Source: Candidatus Hodarchaeota archaeon (GTDB lineage: Archaea; Asgardarchaeota; Lokiarchaeia; Sigyniarchaeales; SOKP01). From it: a DNA stretch of 64,000 nucleotides. Positions 1-9,883 of this stretch are shown piece by piece. Under the pieces are notes generated by a model. It searched no databases and was not told the origin of the DNA. It saw nothing but the letters and a program-made list of their open reading frames with translations. The position numbers were made by a program, and so were the translations under genes. The stretch is from positions 79,115 to 143,114 of the forward strand of contig JBHLKM010000011.1 in assembly GCA_048886685.1 (NCBI GenBank), read 5' to 3'. How positions within the stretch are numbered: position 1 is the stretch's first letter; the number at the start of each line of letters is the position of its first letter.

Positions 1-715
1 TACGAATTTCATCAAACATCAATAGTGACCCATAATCATTAGCAATTTTTCGAAGACCTTGTAGAAATCCTGAGTCTGGCATCACTACTTTATGACCTCC
101 TGGATGATTAACGGGTGTAGTGATAATAGCTGCTACATCATCACCGTACTTTTTCATCAAATCTTCCACTTGATTAAGGTTGTTAAATTCAAATTCATGC
201 ACATCTTCATATAATTTTTTAGGTATCCCTCCATCAAGTTCATGACCAATAGCCCAATCATGCCATCCATGATATCCACATCGGAGTATTTTAAAACGTT
301 TTGTAAATGCTCGAGCTACTCTGATTCCTGTTGTTGTTGCATCAGAACCAGTTTTGACAAAGACCATCCTTTCACAACATGGAATTAATGATTTCAATTT
401 TTGGGCTAGCTTGTTTTGAACTGGTTGGGTCAATGACATACAAAAACCCTTATCTTTAATTTGTTTAATAACCTCATTATCGATTTCTTCTTCTCTATGT
501 CCAATTATTATTGGTCCATAAGCACAGAGCATATCAATATATTCATTCCCATCAACATCAATAACCTTTCCACCCTTCGCATTCTCAAAAAAAATAGGAT
601 ATTCACCTTCTACAAAATTACTCGGGCGTCTTATTCCCAAAATTGCTCCCGGTATTAATTCAAGTGCTTCTTCATAAAGTTTAAAAGTATTTTTTAAAGG
701 TAATTTTTTAGACAT
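1..715 (-). CDS. Class III PLP aminotransferase (glutamate-1-semialdehyde aminomutase-like); 3' end runs off the window
   Basis: Manual translation from ATG 715: MSKKLPLK...YPIFFENAKGGKVIDVDGNEYIDMLCAYGPIIIGH...FVKTGSDAT...GYHGWHD...LLMFDEIR. Not in the ORF track. Confidence 0.9.
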   Translation of the reverse strand, partial: MSKKLPLKNTFKLYEEALELIPGAILGIRRPSNFVEGEYPIFFENAKGGKVIDVDGNEYIDMLCAYGPIIIGHREEEIDNEVIKQIKDKGFCMSLTQPVQNKLAQKLKSLIPCCERMVFVKTGSDATTTGIRVARAFTKRFKILRCGYHGWHDWAIGHELDGGIPKKLYEDVHEFEFNNLNQVEDLMKKYGDDVAAIITTPVNHPGGHKVVMPDSGFLQGLRKIANDYGSLLMFDEIR

Positions 716-955
716 TTTATCATCCTCAAGTATAGAATAATAACAATAAATTATATGACATTATTATTGAAGATTCTTAAAAAGAAATGTCTTACAATAA
801 TGATTCTTATAATTCACAAAGTTTTAATGATTTTTACCTTCTTAAAACAAATAGTTCTTCCAAGAGGATTATAAATAATAACAGTACTATTTTAGTTTGT
901 TTATTATTTTAGAATCAATGGATAAAATTAAATTAAAGAATGGGTGATGTTGAAA

Positions 956-1123
956 ATGGGAGAAAAATTAATTTGTTCGATTTGTGGGAGGGAACAAAAG
1001 GTTCCGAAATGCTGTGAAAAATCTATGATAATCAAAAATGGTTATCTATTATGTTGCTGCTCAGAAGAATGTGGATATCAACCTATTCCTGAATGTTGTG
1101 GAAAAACAATGGTATATACATAA
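956..1123 (+). CDS. 55-aa Cys-rich mini-protein with two desulforedoxin-like metal-binding repeats
   Basis: MGEKLICSICGREQKVPKCCEKSMIIKNGYLLCCCSEECGYQPIPECCGKTMVYT; GGTGA RBS at 943-947; alternative in-frame ATG at 947; below the ORF-track size cutoff. Confidence 0.8.
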   Translation: MGEKLICSICGREQKVPKCCEKSMIIKNGYLLCCCSEECGYQPIPECCGKTMVYT

Positions 1124-1165
1124 ATTCAAAAGTATATAATAAAGAAATATAAAAAAATAATAATC

Positions 1166-2746
1166 TTACCAAATTAAGTTAGAGATCATATCTTTCGAAG
1201 CTTCGGCTTCTTTTTTATTCAATATCTTTCGAATCCTTAGATCGTTAATAGCATCTTCCAAACGAGTATCAAGATTTTTCATTTCCATTAAATTATTTTT
1301 ATCGCCCTGAGTTTCTACTAAATCTATCATGGTATTATCTTTGTTCATTAAATCTCTAAGCTTCTGTCGAAAACTGGACTTAACCTTCGTCCTTACTACT
1401 TTTCCTTTATCAATTAAAATTGGTAATATAGGAGCTCTTTCAGTGGTTCTATTTGTATTAGGGTCCATAAAGTAAAAGATGTAAATTGGTATTCCTACTA
1501 CTATATTTTGTGTTTTTAACTCAAGAGAATAATTATTAAAAAAAGTCTGAACATTTGTCATTTCTGTATCTCTGACTGCTTCAATATTATTTAATGATGA
1601 TTGTTTTTCAGTTTTGATTTGAGTTACGATGTCTTCTGCTGAAGTTAAATCTTTACTTAGTCCCGAATGTTTCGCTTCAATTTGCCTTTCCACTTCAGTT
1701 TTTTTACGTTCTAATTCTCTTATCTTTTGCTGTTTTGTCTTCTCTAGGTCAGATATTTCTCTTTGAACATTTTTCCTTAATTGGGCAATTTCATTTTTAT
1801 AACGCGCAATTGAATTCCCTAAATCTTTAAATTTTATATCAATATCTTTTAAAGATTCTTCTGCTAAAAAAAGATCTCTCTGATTTAATGCATTTCTCAT
1901 ACTATCAACACTACCTTTAAGAGCACTAATATTGTTGTGTAATTCTCCGGTTTTATCATTAATTTTATATTTACCACTCTTTACCAATTCTTCCGGAGTT
2001 TTTTCTATTTCTCGTTCTTTTTCTGCTTGAATTTCTTTATTGAGTACTGCTAATTGTTTCTCTTCTTCACCTGTATCTACTTTCGTATCTCTAATTTTAT
2101 CTGCTTCTTTACCTCCCTTTTCAACCCATCTTTCACATAATTTAGTTATACTATCTCCAAATGTCGCAAGAAGTTGAACATCCTTTTGAGCCAAATACTC
2201 GGGGATATCAGGTATAATTCTTGTTTGATTTACACTTTTTGTAATTGGTCCACCTTCGAGTATAAAATAAGGAGAACCATGGGTGCTTAAATTATATTGA
2301 TTAAGGAAAAAATTTTGAAAATAACCGACTTCACTTGTATTAAATAAAGCCTCTTGAATTACAATACCTCTTTTGAAGTTTTTAGACTTTCTAAGGTAGG
2401 TACTATTATATTGTCTTAAAGAATTGAGGAAACTTTCAGGATCTGCTCCTTTAATAATAGCTTCTGGTCTTGGAGGCATTTGTGCAAATTTTCCTACATT
2501 TAGCTTTTCTTGTTTATTATAAAGATAACTCATAACACAAGCTCTAGTATCAGATAATGGAACTAAGCGTACTGGCCAAAAGGCGGTTGAAATTTTTGAA
2601 ATTCTCCCTAATTTTTTAAGATTTTTCCCATAAATCCCTAAACATTCTCTCAAAGCCATCGCTAATTCATTTAATACCGCAGCTTGACTCCGTGCAGGAG
2701 TTATCTGACCCACATCAATTAAAAAAGGTACGACTGTATCAACCAT
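1166..2746 (-). CDS. Hypothetical protein with globular termini and a long central coiled coil
   Basis: 526-aa ORF; E/K/Q/L-rich heptad region at about aa 190-400; no Walker A motif. Confidence 0.8.
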   Translation of the reverse strand: MVDTVVPFLIDVGQITPARSQAAVLNELAMALRECLGIYGKNLKKLGRISKISTAFWPVRLVPLSDTRACVMSYLYNKQEKLNVGKFAQMPPRPEAIIKGADPESFLNSLRQYNSTYLRKSKNFKRGIVIQEALFNTSEVGYFQNFFLNQYNLSTHGSPYFILEGGPITKSVNQTRIIPDIPEYLAQKDVQLLATFGDSITKLCERWVEKGGKEADKIRDTKVDTGEEEKQLAVLNKEIQAEKEREIEKTPEELVKSGKYKINDKTGELHNNISALKGSVDSMRNALNQRDLFLAEESLKDIDIKFKDLGNSIARYKNEIAQLRKNVQREISDLEKTKQQKIRELERKKTEVERQIEAKHSGLSKDLTSAEDIVTQIKTEKQSSLNNIEAVRDTEMTNVQTFFNNYSLELKTQNIVVGIPIYIFYFMDPNTNRTTERAPILPILIDKGKVVRTKVKSSFRQKLRDLMNKDNTMIDLVETQGDKNNLMEMKNLDTRLEDAINDLRIRKILNKKEAEASKDMISNLIW

Positions 2747-2820
2747 ATTTGATTCACTTGATATTTCTATATTATTTTTTAATTACGTTTTAATAATTAA
2801 AGTTTTGGATTTAACACTAT

Positions 2821-3096
2821 TCAATACTTTATCCTCCTTCTATGGATACCCCTGGATTTGAAATAGAGAACAAGACTAAACCTGAAGAATGTCGGATAAT
2901 GGAAGCAAGAGGAGGACTTGAAACACCCGAAGATGTTGCTGAAGTCTTTATACATGGTATATTAAAAAATAAATTTAATATTTTACCGGGAGAGGCTAAA
3001 TTCATCTGACAAATAAATCATCATTTTCCAAAAATCATTAGATCTTGGTCAGATAGAAGCTATAAAAAGGCAACAAAAAGACTAGGAAAAGTATAA
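2821..3096 (+). pseudogene. C-terminal relic of a KDSR/Tsc10-like short-chain dehydrogenase
   Basis: Translates to SILYPPSMDTPGFEIENKTKPEECRIM...TPEDVAEVFIHGI...FI*QINHHFPKII..., with an internal TGA at 3007-3009; the N-terminal Rossmann fold and catalytic YxxxK are absent. Confidence 0.7.
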
Positions 3097-3243
3097 TAAT
3101 CTAATGATTTTTTGTTAATTTTAAAAAATGAATTGGATCATATTACCTTAAAATGATAATTCTTAAAAAGCAAGATTTTATAGTTAAACATCTAATTTTA
3201 TATCTATAATACAAAAAATTGTTATATATTGGTGTAAAAATTA

Positions 3244-5037
3244 ATGGTTAATGTAAATGGAGCCCAGTTAGTTGTTCGCGCTTTGGATAATCAAGGTGTT
3301 AGAGTTTTGTTTACTCTCTGTGGAGACAATCGTATAATATATCATTATTGTCAGGATTCCTCATGTACTGAGAAAGGAATAGACATTATTGACTTTCGTC
3401 ATGAACAAGCAACAGGTCATGCTGCTATGGGATATTTTCTTTCTACAGGGGAAGTTGGTGTATGTTCGGTTCAATCAGGTCCGGGAATAACAGATCTATT
3501 CCCTTCAATTCCAATAGCTTTTGATGCTAGTATTCCTCTTGTAGCTATTTGCACAAGTACAGCTTTAATGGATTTTGAAAAATTAGCTCAAAATGAAATC
3601 GATGTTGTGCCTTCCTTTCGACCTGTAACAAAATGGAGTGGATACTGTTATGAAACTGCTCGAATTCCAGAGTATATTAACATGGCTTTTAGAATAGCCA
3701 CTACTGGTCGACCTGGTCCAGTCCTTTTACTTATTCCTTTTGATATCCTAGTAAAAGAATGTGATGCTGAGTTGGATATAGTTCAATATGCATTTAAGCC
3801 TGTAGAGAAGCTACGGTCGTTTTATGGCCCATATGGTAATGAACATCTGATAAGGAAAGCAATTGATTTACTTTTGAAGGCAAAAAATCCATTAATAATA
3901 GCAGGTACTGGAGCAGCTTTTTCAGATGCTTCATTAGAATTACTTAAATTTGCTGAATTGACACAAATTCCTGTTGGATCTTGGGGTTTTGGCTTAGGGG
4001 AATTTCCAGCTGATCATCCTTTATTTTTCGGACTTGCAAGTCCTTTAGATGGTCCAGGAACAGCCTTACTCCAAAAGGTTGATGTAGCATTGATACTGGG
4101 TTCAAGAATTACCGAGTTAATGAATTATGGATATATGCCTTATTTTTCGGATGATGCAAATCTTATTCAAGTGGATATTAAAGCTGAAGAAATTGGTAGA
4201 AATCGAGCAATAGATATACCTATTGTAGGGGATGTTAAAGGTGTTCTTACTCAATTCATCAAAATTAGTAGTGAAAAATTGAAAAATCCTAGAACTGAGA
4301 CACAATGGGTCAAAATAGTTCAAGACTATTTGAAAAAATTTGAAATGCGTCTTGAGAAAGATGGATCTTCAGATAAGATTCCAATTCTGCCCCAGCGCCT
4401 TGTAAAGGAAGTTCGGGATTTTATGCCTGAGGATGGAATAATTATTTTAGATGGGGGAGATACGACAGTTTGGGGGCTTACCTACTTAAGAGGTCGTTCA
4501 CCTAAATCACTCTACTTTTCTGGGGGATTGGGAATTCAACATCTTGGTGGTGGTGTTCCCATGGCTATTGCTACTAAATATGTAAATCCTGATAAGAAAA
4601 TTCTAGTCTTAACCGGAGATGGATCGTTTTTATTTAATGGAAAAGAAATAGAAACTGCCCGAAGGTTTGATTTACCTTTTGTAGTGGTGATAAGTAATGA
4701 TAGGCTGTGGGGAATGGTAGCTAGAGGCCAAAAAATGTCTCACGGCAAAAAATTTTTTGGTTTAGGAAGTTCTTTAAGTAGTGATACCAGATATGATAAA
4801 TATGCAGAAGCTTTTAATTGTTATGGGGAATTAGTGACGGATCCCAAGGAAATTCGTCCTGCATTACAACGGGCTTTTGGTTCGAATCTTCCTGCAGTAA
4901 TCGATGTAAGAATAAATCCTAAAGTAAATACGGTAATGAACTATCTAGCTAAAGAAAGCTATAATCCAGATAGTTGGGAACGTAAAGTTAAAAAAAAAAT
5001 CGAAGAAGTCATTGAAATAGCACCAGTTAAAAAGTAA
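3244..5037 (+). CDS. Thiamine-diphosphate-dependent enzyme (acetolactate synthase / 2-hydroxyacyl-CoA lyase family)
   Basis: RHEQ catalytic Glu, SGPG, GRPGPV and GDGS...ND ThDP-binding motif. Confidence 0.9.
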   Translation: MVNVNGAQLVVRALDNQGVRVLFTLCGDNRIIYHYCQDSSCTEKGIDIIDFRHEQATGHAAMGYFLSTGEVGVCSVQSGPGITDLFPSIPIAFDASIPLVAICTSTALMDFEKLAQNEIDVVPSFRPVTKWSGYCYETARIPEYINMAFRIATTGRPGPVLLLIPFDILVKECDAELDIVQYAFKPVEKLRSFYGPYGNEHLIRKAIDLLLKAKNPLIIAGTGAAFSDASLELLKFAELTQIPVGSWGFGLGEFPADHPLFFGLASPLDGPGTALLQKVDVALILGSRITELMNYGYMPYFSDDANLIQVDIKAEEIGRNRAIDIPIVGDVKGVLTQFIKISSEKLKNPRTETQWVKIVQDYLKKFEMRLEKDGSSDKIPILPQRLVKEVRDFMPEDGIIILDGGDTTVWGLTYLRGRSPKSLYFSGGLGIQHLGGGVPMAIATKYVNPDKKILVLTGDGSFLFNGKEIETARRFDLPFVVVISNDRLWGMVARGQKMSHGKKFFGLGSSLSSDTRYDKYAEAFNCYGELVTDPKEIRPALQRAFGSNLPAVIDVRINPKVNTVMNYLAKESYNPDSWERKVKKKIEEVIEIAPVKK

Positions 5038-5076
5038 AATTTCAACTAAATAAAAACTTAAAAAAATCTTATATTT

Positions 5077-6183
5077 ATGAAAAGAATAGGGTTGATAATT
5101 AATCCCATAGCTGGAATGGGGGGAAGTGTTGGTCTTAAAGGGACGGATGGGGATATCTATCAGAAAGCAGTAAAAATGGGGGCTAAACCTATAACTCCAA
5201 AAAGAGTGAGTGAGTTATTATCCCATATAACACGCAAAAGAGAGATATTTATGTTGGTAGCACCAGGTAGGATGGGTGCGGATGTTATTATAGATAAAGG
5301 TATTGAATTTGAAGTAATTGGGGAAATTGATGAAATTACATCAGCGGAAGATACAAAAAGAATAGCTAAACAGATGGTTAAGACAGGGATTGATCTACTG
5401 ATTTTTTGTGGCGGGGATGGAACCGCGAGAGATATTTATGATGCAATTGGATTAGAAAAACCAGTAGTTGCTGTGCCTGGAGGAGTAAAAATGTACAGTT
5501 CTGTTTTCTCCTTTAACCCTAGAACAGCAGCTCAAATAATTGACGGTTTTCTAGGTGATTTTATTCAAACTGAAGATAGAGAGATATTAGACATTGATGA
5601 GAACCTTATAAGAAAAGATATGTTAATATCGACTCTATATGGCTATTTAAAAGTTCTTAAATTTAGAAATTTAGTCCAAGCAGGAAAAATTGGTTCAAGA
5701 TTTGGAAGAACAGTTGAGGAAAATAAACAAGAAATTGCTCGATTCATAGTTGAGAGTATGGAAGATAACATCTTATACTTATTAGGTCCTGGAACAACAG
5801 TAAAAGCAATCACCGATGATTTAAAACTTCCAAAAACACTACTTGGGGTTGATGCGGTTTACAATAAAAAAGTATTGGGCAGTGATTTAAATGAAAACGG
5901 GATACTTAACTTATTGGGCACCTATTCTAAAGTTGAGATTATCATATCTCCTATTGGTGGCCAGGGATTTATATTTGGGAGAGGTAATAAGCAATTTACT
6001 CCTAAAATTCTTAAACAAGTTGGGAGTAAGAACATTAAAATTGTATCAACGGTAGAAAAGATTCGAGAACTTGATTGTTTGAGAGTTGATACAGGCAATA
6101 TCGGTGTTGATAATAATCTTAAGGGATTTGCAAAAGTTATCATCGGATATATGGAAGAAACAGTTATCCCTGTTGAATGCTAA
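5077..6183 (+). CDS. ATP-NAD kinase / AcoX-like family protein
   Basis: NPIAGMGG..GLKGTD, GGDGTARD, GVKMYS, IGGQGFIFGRGN. Confidence 0.88.
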   Translation: MKRIGLIINPIAGMGGSVGLKGTDGDIYQKAVKMGAKPITPKRVSELLSHITRKREIFMLVAPGRMGADVIIDKGIEFEVIGEIDEITSAEDTKRIAKQMVKTGIDLLIFCGGDGTARDIYDAIGLEKPVVAVPGGVKMYSSVFSFNPRTAAQIIDGFLGDFIQTEDREILDIDENLIRKDMLISTLYGYLKVLKFRNLVQAGKIGSRFGRTVEENKQEIARFIVESMEDNILYLLGPGTTVKAITDDLKLPKTLLGVDAVYNKKVLGSDLNENGILNLLGTYSKVEIIISPIGGQGFIFGRGNKQFTPKILKQVGSKNIKIVSTVEKIRELDCLRVDTGNIGVDNNLKGFAKVIIGYMEETVIPVEC

Positions 6184-6249
6184 TTTGATTGAGAAAAGAT
6201 ATAATTAAAAATTTTATAATTCTAATAATTAAGATTTTGTTACCATTTT

Positions 6250-6576
6250 CTATTTAGGAGGAGTCATCCCAATCACAGGAAGTGATTCCATTATTGACAA
6301 GTAGGTTTTAGAAGTCATCGATGAGCCTTCAATTTTTTTCGCAAGTTCTAGATAAAGCTTACTTAACTCAATTGATGCCTCAATAAATGTACCAGTCACC
6401 TCCCAGATCGTTGTAGCTACAGATCCATCTTCAGTGCTCATTAAACCAACTATCCTTTTTGCGGGTTTTCCTTCACGATAAAGATTAGAAAACTTATTCA
6501 TTACTTCAAAAAAAGCTTTTCCTGCATCTTCTGCTCTAATAGCAGGAAACCTAGTTGTTATTACAATATATACCAT
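6250..6576 (-). CDS. Small hypothetical protein
   Basis: 108-aa ORF with AGGTGA RBS just upstream; alternating beta/alpha pattern. Confidence 0.7.
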   Translation of the reverse strand: MVYIVITTRFPAIRAEDAGKAFFEVMNKFSNLYREGKPAKRIVGLMSTEDGSVATTIWEVTGTFIEASIELSKLYLELAKKIEGSSMTSKTYLSIMESLPVIGMTPPK

Positions 6577-6836
6577 TTATTTCACCTTATTTTGATTTGA
6601 TAATTGAATTTCCAAAAATTCAAATTATCATTATACAAACTTGTATAAAAAGTTTATCTATTTTTTTATTTAATCCTAAAAAGGATAGTATTGCTTTTTC
6701 AATATAAAAAATATTTTTAAAAATGAATCATAATTTAATAGATCATTACTTATATGAAATATACTACTTATCTCTGTTATTTTATCTATTTGGTAATTAG
6801 GGACACAGCTGATAAAAAAAGAGGTTTTAAGATATA

Positions 6837-7955
6837 TTGCTAAAAAGTGAAGTTATCAAAAAAGCATTAGAGTCAGGTTTTGAAGATATTGGGTTTACAA
6901 CCATGGAACCCTTTGAGTCTCAAAAAGAGATTTTAGATTCTAGAAAAGAAGAATATGGATGGACTTTAAAAAAAGGTATTGAACTCATAAAAGGTTTAGA
7001 TCCTAGAAATATATTGCATAATGGTAAATCTATTATAGTTTTGATTGATGTTTATTTTAAGGAAGCTTATCCATCTTCTTTAGAAGGTCATTTTGGTCGT
7101 TGTTATCTAGATGATGATCGAATTACCAGAGGTCAGTTATACCAGCGCATCAAATCATTCCGAAGTTACTTACGAGATAATGGGATTGATTCCAGAGCAC
7201 CATTTAATATTCCACATCGATTAACAGCTGCGAGAGCGGGATTGGGCACTTTTGGAAAGAATAATTTTCTCTATTCAAATAGAATTGCTCGAAAAAGTTC
7301 TTGGATATCTCCCATACCCTTAATAGTCGATTATGAATTCGAGCCTGATGAGCCTTCAATAGAAGTTGGGTGCCCAAAATGGTGTAAAAATACTTGTATT
7401 GCTTCTTGTCCCACTGGTGCTCTCAGAGCTCCAAACAACATTGATCCTCGAAAATGTATATCTTATCTCAGTTATTATCAAGAAGGAATAACTCCTTTAG
7501 AGATTCGGGAGCAGATGGGTACCTGGGTGTATGGATGTGACCGATGTCAGGAGGTATGTCCTCGTAATAGAATGTGGTTATCACAAGATTTACCTCCTAA
7601 TGAAAGAGTGATAGCTAAAATGAATGATTTTGATTTATCTAACTTACTTCATATGGATCAAAAAACTTATCAAACAAAAATTTGGCCACATATGTTCTAT
7701 ATGTCCTTTGAAGAAATATGGCGTTGGAAAATGAACGTTGCAAGAGCTATGGGAAACACACTTGATCCTAAATATATTCCTGATTTAATTAGAGCTTTCG
7801 AAGAAAACGAAGACAAGAGGATAAAAGGTATGATTGCCTGGGCTTTGGGACGAATAGGAGGAAAAGAATCTAGAAATGCTTTAGAACGCTTTAGAAGCAA
7901 TAATAACGGTTCAGTTAAAAACGAAATTGAACTTGCTTTAAGGGATTTAGCTTAA
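6837..7955 (+). CDS. Epoxyqueuosine reductase (QueG)-like cobalamin/2x[4Fe-4S] protein with C-terminal HEAT repeats
   Basis: AARAGLGTFGKN, C...C..CIASCPTGAL, CISYLS, YGCDRCQEVCPRN, NVARAMGN, AWALGRIGG. Confidence 0.85.
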   Translation: MLKSEVIKKALESGFEDIGFTTMEPFESQKEILDSRKEEYGWTLKKGIELIKGLDPRNILHNGKSIIVLIDVYFKEAYPSSLEGHFGRCYLDDDRITRGQLYQRIKSFRSYLRDNGIDSRAPFNIPHRLTAARAGLGTFGKNNFLYSNRIARKSSWISPIPLIVDYEFEPDEPSIEVGCPKWCKNTCIASCPTGALRAPNNIDPRKCISYLSYYQEGITPLEIREQMGTWVYGCDRCQEVCPRNRMWLSQDLPPNERVIAKMNDFDLSNLLHMDQKTYQTKIWPHMFYMSFEEIWRWKMNVARAMGNTLDPKYIPDLIRAFEENEDKRIKGMIAWALGRIGGKESRNALERFRSNNNGSVKNEIELALRDLA

Positions 7956-7976
7956 AAAATATAAAATAAAAAAAAA

Positions 7977-9866
7977 CTATTTAATTATGTTTAATTCTTT
8001 CAGCTTTTCATCAGTAGGACGACCCGTTTCCAAATCCCAACCTCTAAGTTCATAGTATTTCTCTAAATTTTCATTTAATTCAATTTTCACATCGGTAGTC
8101 TTTCCAGATTTTAATACTTTCAGAACATGATCAGGTAATCTATCATCTGCTCTAGTTATCCCTAAATTACAATTTATAAGCCTCTTCAGAGTATTGATTC
8201 GTTCTCCAACGGATAAAAGCGTATTATTATCATAATTAAACCCTGTTGCTGCATTTACATGTCCTATAATATGCTCTAAACTGGGATGAGGAAAATTACA
8301 GTTTACTGCCGAATCATCGATAGCTCTTATATCTTGTAATGAAATAACACCTTTCTCTCTTCGTTTAATGCTAATTCTATCTCCAGCTTGAACTTTTAAA
8401 TTAGCAGGAAAATTAAGAGAGCCCATTTCTGCTGTATACCAATCACATTTTGTATGATTAGCACCAACACAACATGTTATATAACTTAATGCTTGTCCAG
8501 CAAAGGCTCTGGGATCATGCATAGGTATTTCTAATCCTTTTACGTGAGCAGCCAATTCTGGGTCTACTCCAAGCTTTTCTGCCATTATTCGTACACCATC
8601 AGCAAGTATATTTCCAATACCTTGCCTTTTAGAGATCATTTCTATTAGATTTAAAATTAGAGTTCCATTCCCCCAATGAATTTCTTCAAGAGATATTTTG
8701 TGTAAATGTTGCTTTATCTGTTCAATGCCAAGCTTGTTCTCAACTAGATATAGTAAAAAGGCGATACTTACACCACATGAAATAGTATCAACTCCATAAA
8801 CATTACTTAAATGATGGGCTAAAATAACTTCTCTAGAATCAAAAAAACCACATAAAGGACCAAAAGCAGCAACAGATTCATATTCAGGACCATCTACTAT
8901 AATTTCTTTACCATTATCTTCTACAATTGTTCGTTTCCCGCATTTTATTGTACAACCAGCGCATCCGTAATCTAATACGGGATATTCTTCTCTCAATGTC
9001 TTCCCTGTCAATTTTTCAGCAAAAAATTCAGTTTCAGTAAAATAGTACGCAGGAGTATCCCCAAGCGCCATTCCTATATCAAGATAACCGTTGGTACCAT
9101 ATAATGTAAATAAAAATACCCCTAAACTCGCAGTTGCATCTCCTTTTAGCGCGTCTTCAGCTTGCTTAATTAATTCTTTTCCAAGATTACTATCAACTAT
9201 TTGGACTCTACCACTTCCTAAAACTGCTAGTGCTTTTAAATTTTTTGAAGCCATAAGTGACCCTAATCCACATCTTCCAATAGCTCTTCCTTCGTCGTTT
9301 ATCATAGCAGCATACTTTACTAAATTTTCTGCTGCTTGACCAATAGTTACAACTCTCACTCGTTCATTATTTAATTCTTTTTTTATCAATTCCTGTGTTT
9401 CATAAGTATCCTTACCCCAATACCCACTTGCGTCTTTAATTTCAATAGTTTTGTCATGAATATATAAAAAACATGGAGTATTAGATTTCCCAGTAATAAC
9501 TATCGCATCAAAACCACTATTTCTTAATGAGACACAAAAAAAACCTCCAGAAGTACTTTCTCCCCAAATTTTGGTGAGGGGGGAAATCCCTGTTACCGAA
9601 TATCTGCCTGAGGATGGTCTAATAGTACCTGTTACTGGCCCTGTTGCAAAGATTAGAGGATTAATTTCATGAAAGGGATCATTTTTTAAGGTTTCATAAT
9701 CACTTCCTGATAATAAATCATAGGTTAATTTGGCACTTAATCCTGTTCCACCTAAATATTCTCTGGCAATAGTGTGGTCTAAATCTTTAGTTTCCCATTT
9801 CTTATTATTTAAATCGACAAATGCAACCTTTCCATTATAACCAATTAATTCTTCACTCATTTTCAT
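7977..9866 (-). CDS. aor: Tungsten aldehyde:ferredoxin oxidoreductase family protein
   Basis: GGTGL, SPLT..WGESTSGG, GRCGLGSLMASKNLKA, CAGCTIKC, GPEYES, HVKGLEIPMHDPR, YYELRGWD. Confidence 0.93.
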   Translation of the reverse strand: MKMSEELIGYNGKVAFVDLNNKKWETKDLDHTIAREYLGGTGLSAKLTYDLLSGSDYETLKNDPFHEINPLIFATGPVTGTIRPSSGRYSVTGISPLTKIWGESTSGGFFCVSLRNSGFDAIVITGKSNTPCFLYIHDKTIEIKDASGYWGKDTYETQELIKKELNNERVRVVTIGQAAENLVKYAAMINDEGRAIGRCGLGSLMASKNLKALAVLGSGRVQIVDSNLGKELIKQAEDALKGDATASLGVFLFTLYGTNGYLDIGMALGDTPAYYFTETEFFAEKLTGKTLREEYPVLDYGCAGCTIKCGKRTIVEDNGKEIIVDGPEYESVAAFGPLCGFFDSREVILAHHLSNVYGVDTISCGVSIAFLLYLVENKLGIEQIKQHLHKISLEEIHWGNGTLILNLIEMISKRQGIGNILADGVRIMAEKLGVDPELAAHVKGLEIPMHDPRAFAGQALSYITCCVGANHTKCDWYTAEMGSLNFPANLKVQAGDRISIKRREKGVISLQDIRAIDDSAVNCNFPHPSLEHIIGHVNAATGFNYDNNTLLSVGERINTLKRLINCNLGITRADDRLPDHVLKVLKSGKTTDVKIELNENLEKYYELRGWDLETGRPTDEKLKELNIIK

Positions 9867-9883
9867 TCACTTCTATTTAATCA

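Noticed and set aside
1166-2746. SMC/Rad50 ATPase or ESCRT-III call for the coiled-coil protein
   Set aside because: No Walker A/B or signature motif, and the length and domain layout do not match Snf7-family proteins.
3007-3009. TGA in the SDR fragment as a fifth Sec codon
   Set aside because: Not a Cys-motif context, the gene lacks its 5' two-thirds and no SECIS-like hairpin is nearby; a TGG-to-TGA decay mutation is more likely.
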